Source of the DNA: Octopus vulgaris
Lineage: Eukaryota
Length of the DNA stretch: 64,000 nucleotides
Reading direction: 5' to 3'
NCBI GenBank assembly: GCA_951406725.2
Contig: OX597820.1
Coordinates: 35,340,001 to 35,404,000 of the forward strand
Numbering within the stretch: position 1 is the stretch's first letter; the number at the start of each line of letters is the position of its first letter. Shown here piece after piece: positions 51,550 to 64,000 of this stretch. The translations under genes and the position numbers were made by a program. The notes beneath the pieces were generated by a model that ran no database searches, was not told where the DNA came from, and worked only from the letters and a program-made list of their open reading frames with translations.

Positions 51550-51715
51550 ATATATTTATATATACATACATAGGTACGTACATACCTAGACTCAAACATA
51601 AATTTGTTTGTGTATATATATATATATACATATATAGACACACACACACACACATACATACGTACGTGTGCATACCCAGTCTCACATACAAATTTGTGTA
51701 TATATATATATATAT

Positions 51716-52315
51716 ATATTGTTATATTTCGGAATGGTCATATTGCCAGTTTAGCCAATAAAAACACACGCACTATATATTTGGTGTTATTTTGCTTCAG
51801 TGATATTTATTTTTTACATTAATCTTAATCTTATTTCGGCCAAAGTTCTTTCGTCACACTCCTGTGACCGCATCAGTGGTCCTTTGTTTTCTTCTCACTT
51901 ACTTGTGTCTCTCCTTACTAACCGTCAGCCATTTTGTATTTCTATTGTATGTCTTCATTTGCGCATGCTTATATCTCTATGTGCGTCTATGTTTATTTAG
52001 TGTGTGTGTGGGGGATGCCTGTAATATTTGTATCTTCTGGTTATATACATTCTTGTAATTTGTATTTTGTTTTTGTTGTTGTTGCTTTTGTTCTAATTTT
52101 GTTCATGTGTTTACATCCACCCATTATCATCATTACATATGCTTGTATGTATGTATAACAACAATATTAGTAATAATAATAATAAATCTAATCGAAATAA
52201 GATTAAGATTAATGTAAAAAATAAATATCACTGAAGCAAAATAACACCAAATATATAGTGCGTGTGTTTTTATTGGCTAAACTGGCAATATGACCATTCC
52301 GAAATATAACAATAT
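51716..52315. mobile_element. Fold-back element with perfect 123-bp inverted arms and an internal hammerhead
   Basis: Arms 51716-51838 and 52193-52315; the ORF track gives the same peptide IVIFRNGH...SDIYFLH on both strands, confirming arm identity. Confidence 0.9.
51838..51882 (-). ncRNA. Type I hammerhead-like motif (A9 variant)
   Basis: ggacca-CTGATGC-g-GTCACA-ggag-TGTGAC-GAAA-gaactt-tggcc. Confidence 0.55.
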
Positions 52316-52679
52316 CTGTTTCAACACACGACTTCACATAAAAAATCTTGCACAACAAATATTTAAACGTATATATATATATATATATATATATGTGAAT
52401 ATAGTACAATGGGGTGTGCATGATTTGACTTAGTACACCTGCGCACGTGTTGTACTGTGAAGCATTGCGTAATTTTCCATCTGAAACTTAGGTGCTCTAT
52501 ATCTGAATAGTTTTAGAAGTTTGCTTCACAATCATGAAGTCCCGGGTTCGATCCCATTGGTACGCATGTCGAGTAAATGTCATATTTTCTATACCTCCAG
52601 GTGAACCCATATGTGGTAAGCGAAATCGGGTAGGGGAAAAATGTATAGAAATTCGTCGGATATATGATACCAGCAGTTC

Positions 52680-52970
52680 AAGTGTCTAGGGTATTCGACT
52701 CACGATCGTAAGGTTGTGAGTTCGATTCCCGGCCTCACATTGTGTCCTTGAACAAGACACTTTATATATGTTGCTCCAGTTGTCTCAAAAATGAGTTGCA
52801 GTTGTAATTCAAAGGGCTGGCCAACTCATATTCTGTATCACGGTTAATCTACCTGAGGTCTACTTTAAAGGTACGGGATCAGGTGTCTGTGGAATGCACA
52901 GCCACTTACGCGTCAATTTCATGAGCAGGTTGCTCGGTTCATCGAATCAACTGGAACACTCGTTACTGTA
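52680..52970 (+). mobile_element. tRNA-derived SINE family C
   Basis: gactcacgatcgtaaggttgtgagttcgattcccggc...ttgtgtccttgaacaagacacttta...aaaaatgagt. Confidence 0.8.
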
Positions 52971-54313
52971 ATGGGAGGAGGGCTAGACCAAGAATACAGC
53001 CTTGTCACATGCAGTGGGTCACGCAGATTTTTCCGAGGGTTACATTAAGGGAACTTGTACAGCGGAATATTCGGCCACGTTAATACAGGAACAGGTAACT
53101 CAGTTATATAACAACTGGATTCTCGTTGTTGAAAATGATGGAGATCCGCCGCTACTCAGTGTGTGTGTGTGTGTGTGTGTTTGTGTGTGCGCGCGCGTGT
53201 GTATGTGTGTGCATGTGTGCGTGTCTGTAAATATGGCTCCAAGGATATTATTATTTCATACAGCAGCCTTTGTCTTTCGTGAAAAAGAACCTATCAATTT
53301 ACGTAAACGACTTCGGAAAGATTCCAACAGAAGATCCCAAGAACTGGGAGGTATGAGTTCTCCATCTGCAATGGCCGTCGTTGAATGGTTCATGCAAGCA
53401 ACCAATGATATACAGTTGCAGAATATTTTGCATGAATCAACGTGTCCTTAAAAATCAATCAGGTCAGAAGAAAATATTTGAACCAAGGAAATGATTGCAG
53501 TGCATTGATGAGAAGAGGCAAGCTAGGAGCTACTCCACAGAGTCAAGTCGCTCCAAACAATATAGTTTCTTAACAACCTTCAAAAGACAGCAAAGGATTA
53601 AGTGTCATTGAACCTGCAGCACATTGAATACCAGCGGTTTGAAATAAAGACATTAATAAAATCAGTGATATTACAACTAAAATAGGAGCAGGTGTTCATG
53701 CTGTGATATCTATCACATTCAATTGCGTTTATAAAATTTTAAAATATCAATGAAGGTGACATCAAGATGCAATTTGTGCTATGAAATGCAGAGCCACACA
53801 ATAAACAAAACTGCAACAAGGGCATCGAACCCTCGCAAACAAAATAATATGAATAACACAAGACCTACAATAAAGTGAAGAAATATTTCGGTAATCAACA
53901 AAACAACCTAAAGAGACAAGTAATTTCCCTTCCTAAAAGTTCCAAAAGCAATCACAGTGTTCACTGCTTTAAGCTGTAATGGTAATTAAAGAAGACTTAC
54001 TATAAAACATTAGCTACGTGAAGACACCGTTACACATTGCCAATCTTTATTAACACTACGCCAATGGCCATTTAAAATACAAAACGATCTTGAGTTTTTC
54101 TACTGCATCCTGCACATACATAAATACATACATACATACATACATAATACATACATACATACATACATACATACATACATACATACATACATACATACAT
54201 CCATACATACGTAAGTACGTACATAATGTATCTATGTAATTCTTTCTAAGAATATCTGCTCTCGAGCACATCACATAAAACTATATATCATAAGTGTTCA
54301 CTTTTGCTTTCCC

Positions 54314-54418
<105 letters not shown>

Positions 54419-54755
54419 ATATATATATATATATATATATATCTATCTATCTATATATATATATATATATTTCCTCTCATTTGTTTTAAATAGAGAACAA
54501 ATTGGATTTGTAGGTATTTGACGTCTACTTCTAGCGTATAGGCGCTGACATTCCAGCGGCCTTAATCATATTTATATTTTTTTAATTATATACTTAAAAA
54601 TTAATTTTACCGATATGGTCGTTTCTTATATGCTAGCCACTGATATAATGATATTATTTATTATAGCTTCAAATTATAACTATGTGTATGTGTGCGTGTG
54701 TATAGATGCACTCACACTCATACCCACTCACACTCACACACATACATATATGTAT

Positions 54756-54827
<72 letters not shown>

Positions 54828-55134
54828 GAGTAGTTGAATGAATTATCTTATTATGGATAAGTCGGTTAACCGATACCTGGGTAGCAAATTCACGTCAGAA
54901 AAACACGGTTGAAGCTACATGCCTAGGGCAGAGATCACGTGCTATCGTGTGGAAATTTGTGTGTTTTTTTTTAATACAAATAAATGAAAGAATGGAGTTG
55001 AACGACAAATTAACAAAATTCCTTTATTTATTCCTTTATTCCTTATTTATTTATTCCTTTATATATATATGTATAAAAAACATAAAAAATCTTGCACAAC
55101 AAATATTTAAACGTATATATATATATATATGAAG

Positions 55135-55290
55135 CCAATTCACATAAACAAACAATTCATATTAACGAATGAAAAACACGGACAACGTGAGGACGTGCAC
55201 AAGAAAAGTGTTAGCTTGACGCTCGGTGAAAGGATTTGACTTTTCGAGCATAGCTCATTGTCAGAAAGGGGAAAGAGAAACGATGGAGAA
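55135..55290 (-). mobile_element. Penelope-like pseudo-LTR with degenerate hammerhead (55231-55270); same family as 21181
   Basis: Minus strand CTGACAA-t-GAGC-tat-GCTC-GAAA-aGTC; shares caacgYgaggacgtg and gacgctc with the 21181 copy. Confidence 0.65.
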
Positions 55291-55720
55291 ACAAACTTTG
55301 ACAGGAGACAGACAAGGATGCGTCTGATCTCTTGTAGCTGATCGCAAGAAAAGAGACTCAAGTTAGGAAAAGAAAGATGGCCAATGGTTACGTGTAAGCA
55401 ACGAGAGAGTAAAGGAGGAAGAGTGTGGAAGAGAGAGGGACAGATGGAGAACGGTGAAGGGGAGAGGAAAAGAATTAGAGAAATGATGAGAGAGAGAAAA
55501 ACGAAAGGGATAGAGGGGGAGAATAAACGAATTAGATAATGGAAAAGAGAGGAAACGAAAGAGAATTAGAAATAGAATAAAACAAGTCTCGCATCAAAAA
55601 AATATTAAGATGCGTGGCGTTCAGTCATATAATAATATTAAATATTATATATATATATATATATATATGTATGCATGTATACTTATATGTATTTACATAC
55701 ATATATATCTATATACACAA

Positions 55721-55928
55721 GCATATATGGGTACAGGACGTCATAGAACGTAAACAACATAAAATACGACATACGAAAACATGGAATACGAACATTTTTT
55801 GCGAACATGTTGCTTGCCTTGTTTTCCATTTGTTTCTTTCGTTGTTCACAAAAAAGTTCGTATTCCAGGTTTTCGTATTTCGCATTTCATGTTGTTTACG
55901 TTCTATGACGTCCTGTACCCATATATGC
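55721..55928. repeat. Fold-back element, ~87-bp arms (55721-55807 / 55843-55928)
   Basis: gcatatatgggtacaggacgtcatagaacgtaaacaacat... and its reverse complement with a few mismatches; microsatellite flanks. Confidence 0.9.
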
Positions 55929-55933
55929 ATGTC

Positions 55934-56017
<84 letters not shown>

Positions 56018-56254
56018 TTGAAGCACACATATAAAGCAATCAGTAGTATCATATAAATATTGGGTTGAAAAACCCTTTGTATAAAAAGAGTCGAAGGTTG
56101 CCCGTGGGATACAAAACCAAATTTTCTTTGGACAGTCTTTGACTCTTTCTATCTAAGAAGGATTTTATACCCAGTATCTATATACCATTATTTATAGATT
56201 TATATGTATACTTCGAGACATACTATTCCCCAAAAGCTCAAACACCTACACAAA

Positions 56255-56303
<49 letters not shown>

Positions 56304-56387
56304 GAGAGAGAGACAGACAGACAGACAAAAATAAAAAAAAATATTTTTAAATCTCTCAGAGAGATTTATACAGTCGTGATACAATAA

Positions 56388-56677
56388 AGTAGTTGTATGC
56401 TGACAACTTAATGTGACAGTCCCATGAAGGGAATAATACAACTGCTATTTAGCCCTAGGAAGCAGCACCGTTTTCTGTCACCCTTGACACATTTCCTGAG
56501 TCCTTATGTTTACAAGGGGGAGATAAGCACCTCCACCCAACTAAGCCAGCAACCAGAGCCTAGTTTCTGAGTCATTGCTCGTCTTCACAGGAAGCGGTGC
56601 TGCTTCCTAGGGCTAAATAGCAGTAGTATTATTCCCTTCATGGGACTGTTACCTTAAGTTGACAGCATACAACTACT
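56388..56677. mobile_element. Fold-back element, ~90-bp arms (56388-56478 / 56587-56677), with hammerhead-like motif in the spacer
   Basis: Arms visible; minus strand gTGAAGA-c-GAG-caatga-CTC-a-GAAA-CTAGg at ~56555-56590. Confidence 0.8.
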
Positions 56678-56734
56678 GCATCTAGAATTTTTTTTTAGTA
56701 AAGCTGCAAAAACATCACATAGCAACTTTAATAA

Positions 56735-56960
56735 AAAGCCTATTTCTCTACCTTCAGCATTCGAGTACTTTTTCCACCTTGTTTTGCATTTTGGGATGGT
56801 TATTTTTTTCTTTTTTGCCAAATAAACACACGCACTATATATTCGTTCTTCATTCGTTTATTGCTGGTCTTATTTTAACTGATGTCCATTGTCTGGAAAT
56901 CTTTCGTCACATATATGTGAACTCTTCAGCGACACTTTCTCTCCTCGTGCATCTTCCTGC
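56735..56960 (-). mobile_element. Penelope-like pseudo-LTR with hammerhead (56890-56935); same family as 51716
   Basis: Shares aaacacacgcactatatatt; minus strand tgtcg-CTGAAGA-GTtCACA-tata-TGTGAC-GAAA-gatttc-cagaca. Confidence 0.7.
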
Positions 56961-57059
56961 TACGCTTAGTCCATTATTTGTCCACACTCACACACATACA
57001 CACACACACACACACGCATGCACATGCACATGCACACACACATATTCTTTTATCCCTTT

Positions 57060-57508
<449 letters not shown>

Positions 57509-57831
57509 ATCATTATCAGCTGCACAACTTTACAACCATAGTCGTGTAAAGTAATGGAGGTTTTTCTGCTACCGCATGCGTATATATATATATATATATT
57601 CTTTTTTTATCTTACTTGTTTCAGTCATTTGACTGCGGCCATGCTGGAGCACCGCCTTTAGTCGAAAAAATCGCCCCCACCCCCGGACTTATTCTTTGTA
57701 AACCTAGAATTATTCTATCGTTTCCCTTTGCCGAACCGCTAAGTTACAGGGAGGTCAACACACCAGCATCGATTGTCAGGCAATGGCGGACAAACAGAGA
57801 CACACAAATACATACATATATACATACATAC

Positions 57832-57866
<35 letters not shown>

Positions 57867-58439
57867 TGTATGTATGCAAACGCACGTTTTGGACTGATTC
57901 CAGCTATAACATTATTTGAAAAACAACAATAAAACACATGCTACATGGAAAAAAACGCCATTATCAGTTGCACAACTTTACAACAGTCGTGTAATGTAAA
58001 GGAGATTTTTCTGCTTCCACATGCGTATATATAGTAAACATAAAAATCCTTAAATACCTTATCCTTGATAAATATTTCAAATGTAAACGGCTCGTGTGCA
58101 TCGTTTTAAACTATAATTGTAACTGAAAAATAACGGTAATAAATTAGCTAACTGAAGTAATCATTACCACGTGTCTAACTCCAGAAGAGTCGTACCAATG
58201 ATCGTATAAACTAAGGGAGGTTTTTTCCGTCACGCTTTGTTGAGGGAAAAACGCGGGATCCAAATGGTAAATAGCATTTGTTGTTAATCATTTTCGTTTT
58301 CATCAAATGATTACATAGTGGTGGTAGGTAGCTGCTGTGGCCGTCTTGAGTGTTAATCGTTTTTCCTTGACACTGAGTACCCAAATGAGACCACAGACGT
58401 TTGAACTTACTAAAGCACAAATTCATGCGGCACCGATAA

Positions 58440-58772
58440 TAACCGGCCTTTCATCGGTTTCGACGACATGTGTTCCAGTTGATCTGATCAACGCAACAGT
58501 CTGCACGAGAATTTAACGTGCAAGTGGTTCAGCACTCCGCACACACGCGTAATCCTGCACGAAGATCTTAGGGAGATTCAGCGTGACATGCCGGATGTGA
58601 GAAGGCTGGCCCCTGGAAATACAAGTACTACTACTCATTTTTACCAGCCGAGTGGACTAAAGCATCATGAAATAGAGCGTCATGTTCAAGGACACAATAC
58701 GCCGCCAGTAATCGAACTTAGCACCTTACGACTGTGAGCCAAATACCGTAACCGCTAAGCCACGCGCCTCCT
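58440..58772 (-). mobile_element. tRNA-derived SINE family C
   Basis: Minus strand ggaggcgcgtggcttagcggttacgg...gttcgatt...ttgtgtccttgaaca...gtccactcggctggtaaaaatgagtag. Confidence 0.85.
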
Positions 58773-59231
58773 ACTGCTAACAAGAATATTCACCACAGAA
58801 GAAACAAGTCTGATGATGGTCGAAGAAAATCAAAGTGGTACATTCAGCCGCAACTCCAAGCCCCAGTGTTGTATTGTATTTAGTTTACAATCGCTATCGG
58901 AAGCTCCTCAGATGCCTATGGATAATCTTGAAGGTAATATGGCGTAGGCTGAGAGTTCCTTAATCAGTGGAGTGTACGGAGTGAGTTTGGATTTACAAAG
59001 AGGAAAACTAAAAAAAAAACAAAAACTAACAAACAATCAAACAAACAAACAAACAAAAACAGCTTTTAATTTCAGTCACTCACAGATCCATCCTCCCAAG
59101 TTACATTCTGTCTTCACGTAGTTCAATGTGATTTAGTATTTTAGCAAGTGCTGACAGAGGCTGTTGAGTTAATAAATTCTGTTCCTCCTATACTCCGATA
59201 ATCTCTTAATCTACATATCTTTATTTATTCT

Positions 59232-59450
59232 AATTATATTTTAGAGTATCTAAGAGATACCACCACGCTGAAAATAGCAGTCAAAACCTGACTCTAATAC
59301 CACATTAAATGTTCATACAGCACCAGGAGAGAAGAAAAAAGGACAAAGTAAACTAGCGGTGCTGTATGAACATTTAATATGGTTTTAGAGACAGGTTTTG
59401 ACTGCTATTTTCAGCGTAGTGGTATCTCTTAGATACCCTAAATTATAATT
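59232..59450. repeat. Fold-back element, ~93-bp arms (59232-59324 / 59358-59450)
   Basis: tatctaagagataccaccacgctgaaaatagcagtcaaaacctg...gttcatacagcacc and its diverged reverse complement. Confidence 0.9.
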
Positions 59451-60231
59451 TTAATAATAATTATTACCTTTGAATGTTTTTATTCCCATGCTGGTCACTT
59501 GATAAGATCCATATTTAAATTAACGATCTTATCCTTATTTATATAAATTTATGTATCTTTTTTTATTCTATAGGTGAGCTGTAAGTCTGGTCCATATACA
59601 ATTTGCATTGACGAAATGCATTCTCTTATATTTTTTCTTCGCCGTTGACTGTGGATGGAACAGGACAGCTAAAACAAAGTAAGCATAACCCATGATGAGT
59701 CTAATGTACTGTTCGTACATCATTATTGTTATTTCTTTCTATTGATAAAATGTGGTACCTGTGATTGCTCAAGGTAGGTTTTGTAGATCGTTTTGCTCCT
59801 TCTGTGTCTTATGTCTTCTATAAGAGCCAAGATGACCGTGGAAGATATTGTACGTGACTCCCACTGTTTGTGTCTTCTATTTCTGTGTGTGTATATTTTG
59901 TATGTTCATGATGTTAAATATAATGAATGATTGCACATTTGCCTGGTTTCTTTATGTTGTTTGCGAGGTATGTTTCTCTGCGATTAATATGAGATTGGAG
60001 CAGATGTACCTCATGAATAGAAGAAGTACGTCTGTATGAATGTATGACTTATGCTCTGAGGGAGCATGTGAATATAGAGTTTATGCGTGCATATGTAGGT
60101 AGAAAAACAAGGAAGAGAACGAGTAACTGTAGCACTCCATTCGGGTAATTATAAATATTAGACGCGTTGCTTTACCGTATTTTCCTACTCACTAAAACTG
60201 CTGACCTTGTGCCAAAACATGAAACCATTAC

Positions 60232-60271
<40 letters not shown>

Positions 60272-61374
60272 GCTGCTGCTGTTGTTGTTGTTGTTGTTGT
60301 TGTTGTCATCGTCGTCGTTATTGCTGTTATTGTTGTTTCTTTATTACAGCAGACAGGTAATTTTCTAGCCATCGTTATGCGTTGTTCCTGATTGATGTAA
60401 TGAATATTTTGTTCACAAGAGAATAAAAAGTAGACAATGGTGTCCAAAGTTTTACTGATGTCAAGTGTTAAAATGATGCATTTGATGGGCTTTTTTTAAT
60501 TTGTATTTTCTTTTTTGCTTTTTACTATGATTCTGTTTCGCATGTAATTTTGTCAGGCTTTAGAAATGTTATGAAGTTTCCCAGTTTCCATCTTCTAGAG
60601 CTGCGGTTCTAAAACTAGACGTCACAGACTTTAAGAATATAATTTAAGGCCTTAAAAATTCTCATATTAATGCTCCCTTTTTTTTTAATGGGATGGTCAA
60701 CGAATTGGCCAAGTTGCATTGGATAAAATGCTTCGTGGTATTTGATATAATTATCTGCGCACTAAGTTCAAATCCAGCTACGATCAATTTTGTGTTTTAT
60801 GTTTTCGGGGTCGGTAAAAAAAATACCAATTCAAGGCAGTGGATTGGCAGAACTGTTATTGGGCGGGAAAAGTACTTTACAGTTTCTCCACCGCCTCTTT
60901 GAATTATAACAGTAACGGCTTCAATGACACAGGGGCCAAACTGTATTGGCCCAAGCTGGCGATCTTTCACTTGAATGAACATCGGTAGCAGAGAAATGGA
61001 GACTCGCTTGCATGGATGACAGTTAGTCATACTTATAAAAAAAGAATAGATTTGTAGATCTATGGTCGAGACTGAACGCCAGTAGCCATGTTTAAAAAAT
61101 TCATAATTTTGTTACACAGAAATATGGTAAATAATACGAGTTAAACGATAGGTTTCTATACATTTTTAGGAGAGGCAGTTATAACTGTCCTAGATTATTG
61201 TAATTTTAGCATACCATAACAACTAATACGCTGACTTGTCAACTTGTTTTTATTCCAGATTGAAGGAGACAGATGTAATAGAACTTTGAACACACCCTAC
61301 TTAAATATTGCTTGTCACGGCTTCTAGTTTGCAGAATGCAGTCGAGATGTGAAAAACAATTTGGAAGCTCACTA

Positions 61375-61625
61375 AGAAATGAAATTTTATATTAAACTGG
61401 GCAGAAATTTATTAGACGCTCCAGAATGCTTAAGGAGTAACTTGCCGAGCATCTGTTTTACACAGACACAAGAGATTCAAGGACGATAGAGATGAGATGA
61501 GTGGTGTAGGAAGGAGAGGGACGTCATAACATCAAAGCTCGTTGAGAAAATACGCAATTGTCTGGAGGAAGACTATTGTGTGTCTCTAATGGCAATAAGT
61601 ATTCTGTTTGGAGTTGATGTGGCAG
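61375..61625 (+). mobile_element. Decayed mariner transposase N-terminal (HTH) fragment
   Basis: MKFYIKLGRN, HKRFKDDR and KLVEKIRNCLEEDYCVSL match the IKFCFKLGK..WHKRFKEGR..VEKVR...EDRR pattern. Confidence 0.7.
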
Positions 61626-61649
61626 AAGAACCAATCTGATTATGGGAAA

Positions 61650-62845
61650 TTGGCTGAATGGAGAAAAACAAGATCAGGGAAATGAACACATGGGCTGTTT
61701 CTTTAATGCGATACGGTGCAGGTGTTGTTAAGTGGACGAAGAATGAGCTTGAGGAAATGGTCAGGAAAACCAGAAAAGTAATGACAATTAACAAGGAACT
61801 ACACCCCAGAAATGATACTGACAAACTGTATGTGCCAGGGAAGGAAGAGGGGAATAGGGGAGGAAGATGCCTCATAAAATGCAAAAAATCTGTGTTGCCA
61901 ACGAGAAGAACAATCTGGGTTGGTACACCAAACAGCAGAGTGAATCCTTTCTTGCCGCTAATAGAATTAACAATACAATACCTACCGAAAATGTGATGCA
62001 TCCAAAAACATTTAAGGAACAAAATGAAGGAAAAGTAAACAATTGGAAAATGAAACCACTGCATGGGTAATACCTCAGAGAAATCGAAGGAAAAGACAAG
62101 ATCAACACTTGGAGATGACTAAGGAAAAGTTATCTGAAAGGATGCACTGAGACATTGATATGCAGCGCTCAAGAACAAGCCCTGAGAACTAATTACACCA
62201 AGTTTTAAATAGATAAGAGTAGTGAATCGCCCCTTTGTAGGATTTATGACAGCAGAAGCGAAACAATCTCACATATTGTGAGTGAGGTGCAAAAGCACTA
62301 CAAAAGGAGGCACGATAACGTGGCTAAGTTCGTCCACTGGAGGCTATGTGAAAAGTTCGGCCTGAACAGAGCACGGAAATGGTACGAACATCAACCAGGA
62401 GTCACCGAGAACAAGGAATATAAGATATAGTGGGATTTTACAATCCAATGTGACTCCCTAATCGCGGCTCGGAGATCAGATATTGTTGTGGTCGATAAAG
62501 AAAGCAAGAAAACCAGGATTATAGATATTGCAATACTCGGGGATGCACGCATGACAAAAAACTAGAAGAGGTTAAAAAATACTAAAAGATGAAATTGCAA
62601 GAATGTGGACTATGAGGAGAGTGTCGGTAATTCCAGTAGTTATAGGGGCAGTCAGAGCATTAACAACTAAGTTCGAGAAATATGTCAGAATCGGAATTGA
62701 CATGAGAGCAGAGGAAACCTAAAAAAACTGCTCTGTTGGGGACAGCTAGGATTTTGAGATTGGTACTTATATGTTGAATGTCTCCCACAATAATTAACAA
62801 CCAAGTATCAAAGCTTATAATGTGCAAAAAGAGACCCTGACAACG
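61650..62845 (+). mobile_element. R4/Dong-clade LINE 3' fragment, frameshifted
   Basis: NKIREMNTWAVSLMRYGAGVVKW, KTRKVMT..LHPRNDTDKLYVP, KPLHG, AQEQALRT, HYKRRHDNVAKFVHW, WDFTIQCD, RSDIVVVDK, IPVVIGA, ALLGTARILR. Confidence 0.93.
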
Positions 62846-62847
62846 AG

Positions 62848-63031
62848 CAGCAGTTTTGGGGGAGAGGATGAGTCGATTACATTGACCCCAGTATTTAACT
62901 GGTACTTATTTTATCGTCCTCGGCGGAATTTGAACTCAGAAGGTAAAGACGATCAAAATGCCGCTAAGCATTTTGTCAGAAATGTTAACGATCCAGCCTG
63001 CTCATCACCTTAATAATAATGAGAAAATGAA

Positions 63032-63066
<35 letters not shown>

Positions 63067-63360
63067 AGAAGAAGAAGAAGAAGAAGAAGAAGAAGAAGAA
63101 GAAGAAGAAGAAGAAGAACAACAACAACAACAACAACAACAATAATAATGATTTCAAATTTTGCCACAAGGGTAGCAATTTTGGGGGAGGGAATGAGTCG
63201 TTTACATCGACCCCAGCGTTCAACTGGTACTTATTTTATTGCCCCCAAAATGATGAAAGGTAAAATCGCCCTCGGCAGAATTTTAACTCAGAACGTGGCT
63301 ACGGGCGAAATACCCCTAAGCATTTCGCCTAGCGCGCTGATTCTTCCAGTTCACCGCCTT
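62848..63360 (-). mobile_element. Two SINE family B copies (62848-63010, 63150-63360) separated by (GAA)n/(AAC)n
   Basis: Cores cctcggcggaatttgaactcagaa and cctcggcagaattttaactcagaacg. Confidence 0.88.
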
Positions 63361-63381
63361 AATAATAATAATAACAACAAC

Positions 63382-63441
<60 letters not shown>

Positions 63442-63962
63442 CAACCCCTAATGAAAAAATTTTGTCTCCCATTTCAATTAGCATCTCGAAAGATGATGAC
63501 AATATCTTGCAACGCGTCATTTCCGGTCAGATTATTTATATGCCGCTATTTCCGGATCTCACTTGTTTCTTGCGTTTTTGCTTTATTTCTTTCGTGTTAT
63601 TTTTTTATTTCTTCTTTTGCATTCTTAGTTGCAGAATAAATTTTTGAATATTTTTCGTTCATGTCCACTCTCATCTCTTTTCTTTTTATCTGTTTTTCAA
63701 TTTTCTGGTTTGGGATTTTCTTTTCATGTGCGCGTTTCTTCTTTTTCTTTCCTTTCTATTTTTTTAGTTTCTTTATTCTTTCGGTTTTTTCCTAGTTTAC
63801 TTTCTTTTTTGGTCATTTTTTTTCATTTTCTCCTCATTTTTTCGTGTCCTCTCGATTAATTTCTCACACACTCTCTGTCTTTCTTCAATTCACTTTTTTC
63901 GTTTCTTCTCATATCTTACGGTATGCAGTCGTATCTCTCACTTTCTGTGATTTCATTCACAG

Positions 63963-64000
63963 GACTCTGACCTCGTAGGAAAGAAGGAGGTGGAAGCATG
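63963..64000 (+). other. Possible exon start at the window edge
   Basis: Follows ~400 bp of pyrimidine-rich sequence and ttcattcacAG; reads DSDLVGKKEVEA open to the end of the window. Confidence 0.15.

Noticed and set aside
56595-56640. Twister or HDV-like ribozyme in the 23843/56388 family
   Set aside because: Only short word similarities (aaatagcagtagta; gctaat); the required pseudoknot pairings could not be built.
58809-58835. CTGATGA...GAAAA hammerhead candidate
   Set aside because: No stem II, stem III or stem I pairing around the boxes.
59575-59680. Exon with tttttattctatAG acceptor and GTAAGC donor
   Set aside because: The frames contain stops, and the acceptor lies in the T-rich extension of the adjacent fold-back repeat; no support for coding.

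Overview
Eukaryotic, AT-rich, extremely microsatellite-dense non-coding DNA. The SINE repertoire and (AT)/(AC)/(ATAC)/(ATAG)/(AAT) density point to an octopus-like cephalopod genome (inferred from recalled repeat consensi, not from a search). I find no intact protein-coding gene, rRNA, true tRNA gene or CRISPR array; nearly all ORF-track entries are microsatellite translations. The window is a mosaic of: (1) at least four tRNA-derived SINE families in many copies; (2) decayed non-LTR retrotransposon fragments (RTE x2, one with three tandem C2H2 fingers; Tx1/L1 x2; CR1; R4/Dong x2; a Hero-like endonuclease); (3) a mariner fragment and a short non-autonomous Helitron; (4) a ~540-560 bp non-coding element flanked by (AAT)n. 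The most interesting layer is a set of short non-coding elements from several unrelated families that sit against (AT)n/(AC)n tracts, often form long fold-back inverted repeats, and carry minimal type I hammerhead-ribozyme motifs. That is the architecture of Penelope-like pseudo-LTRs or retrozymes. A second pattern is a SINE that forms dimers with the same precise junction at three separate loci. All coordinates were read by eye, and boundaries may be off by 10-20 bp.
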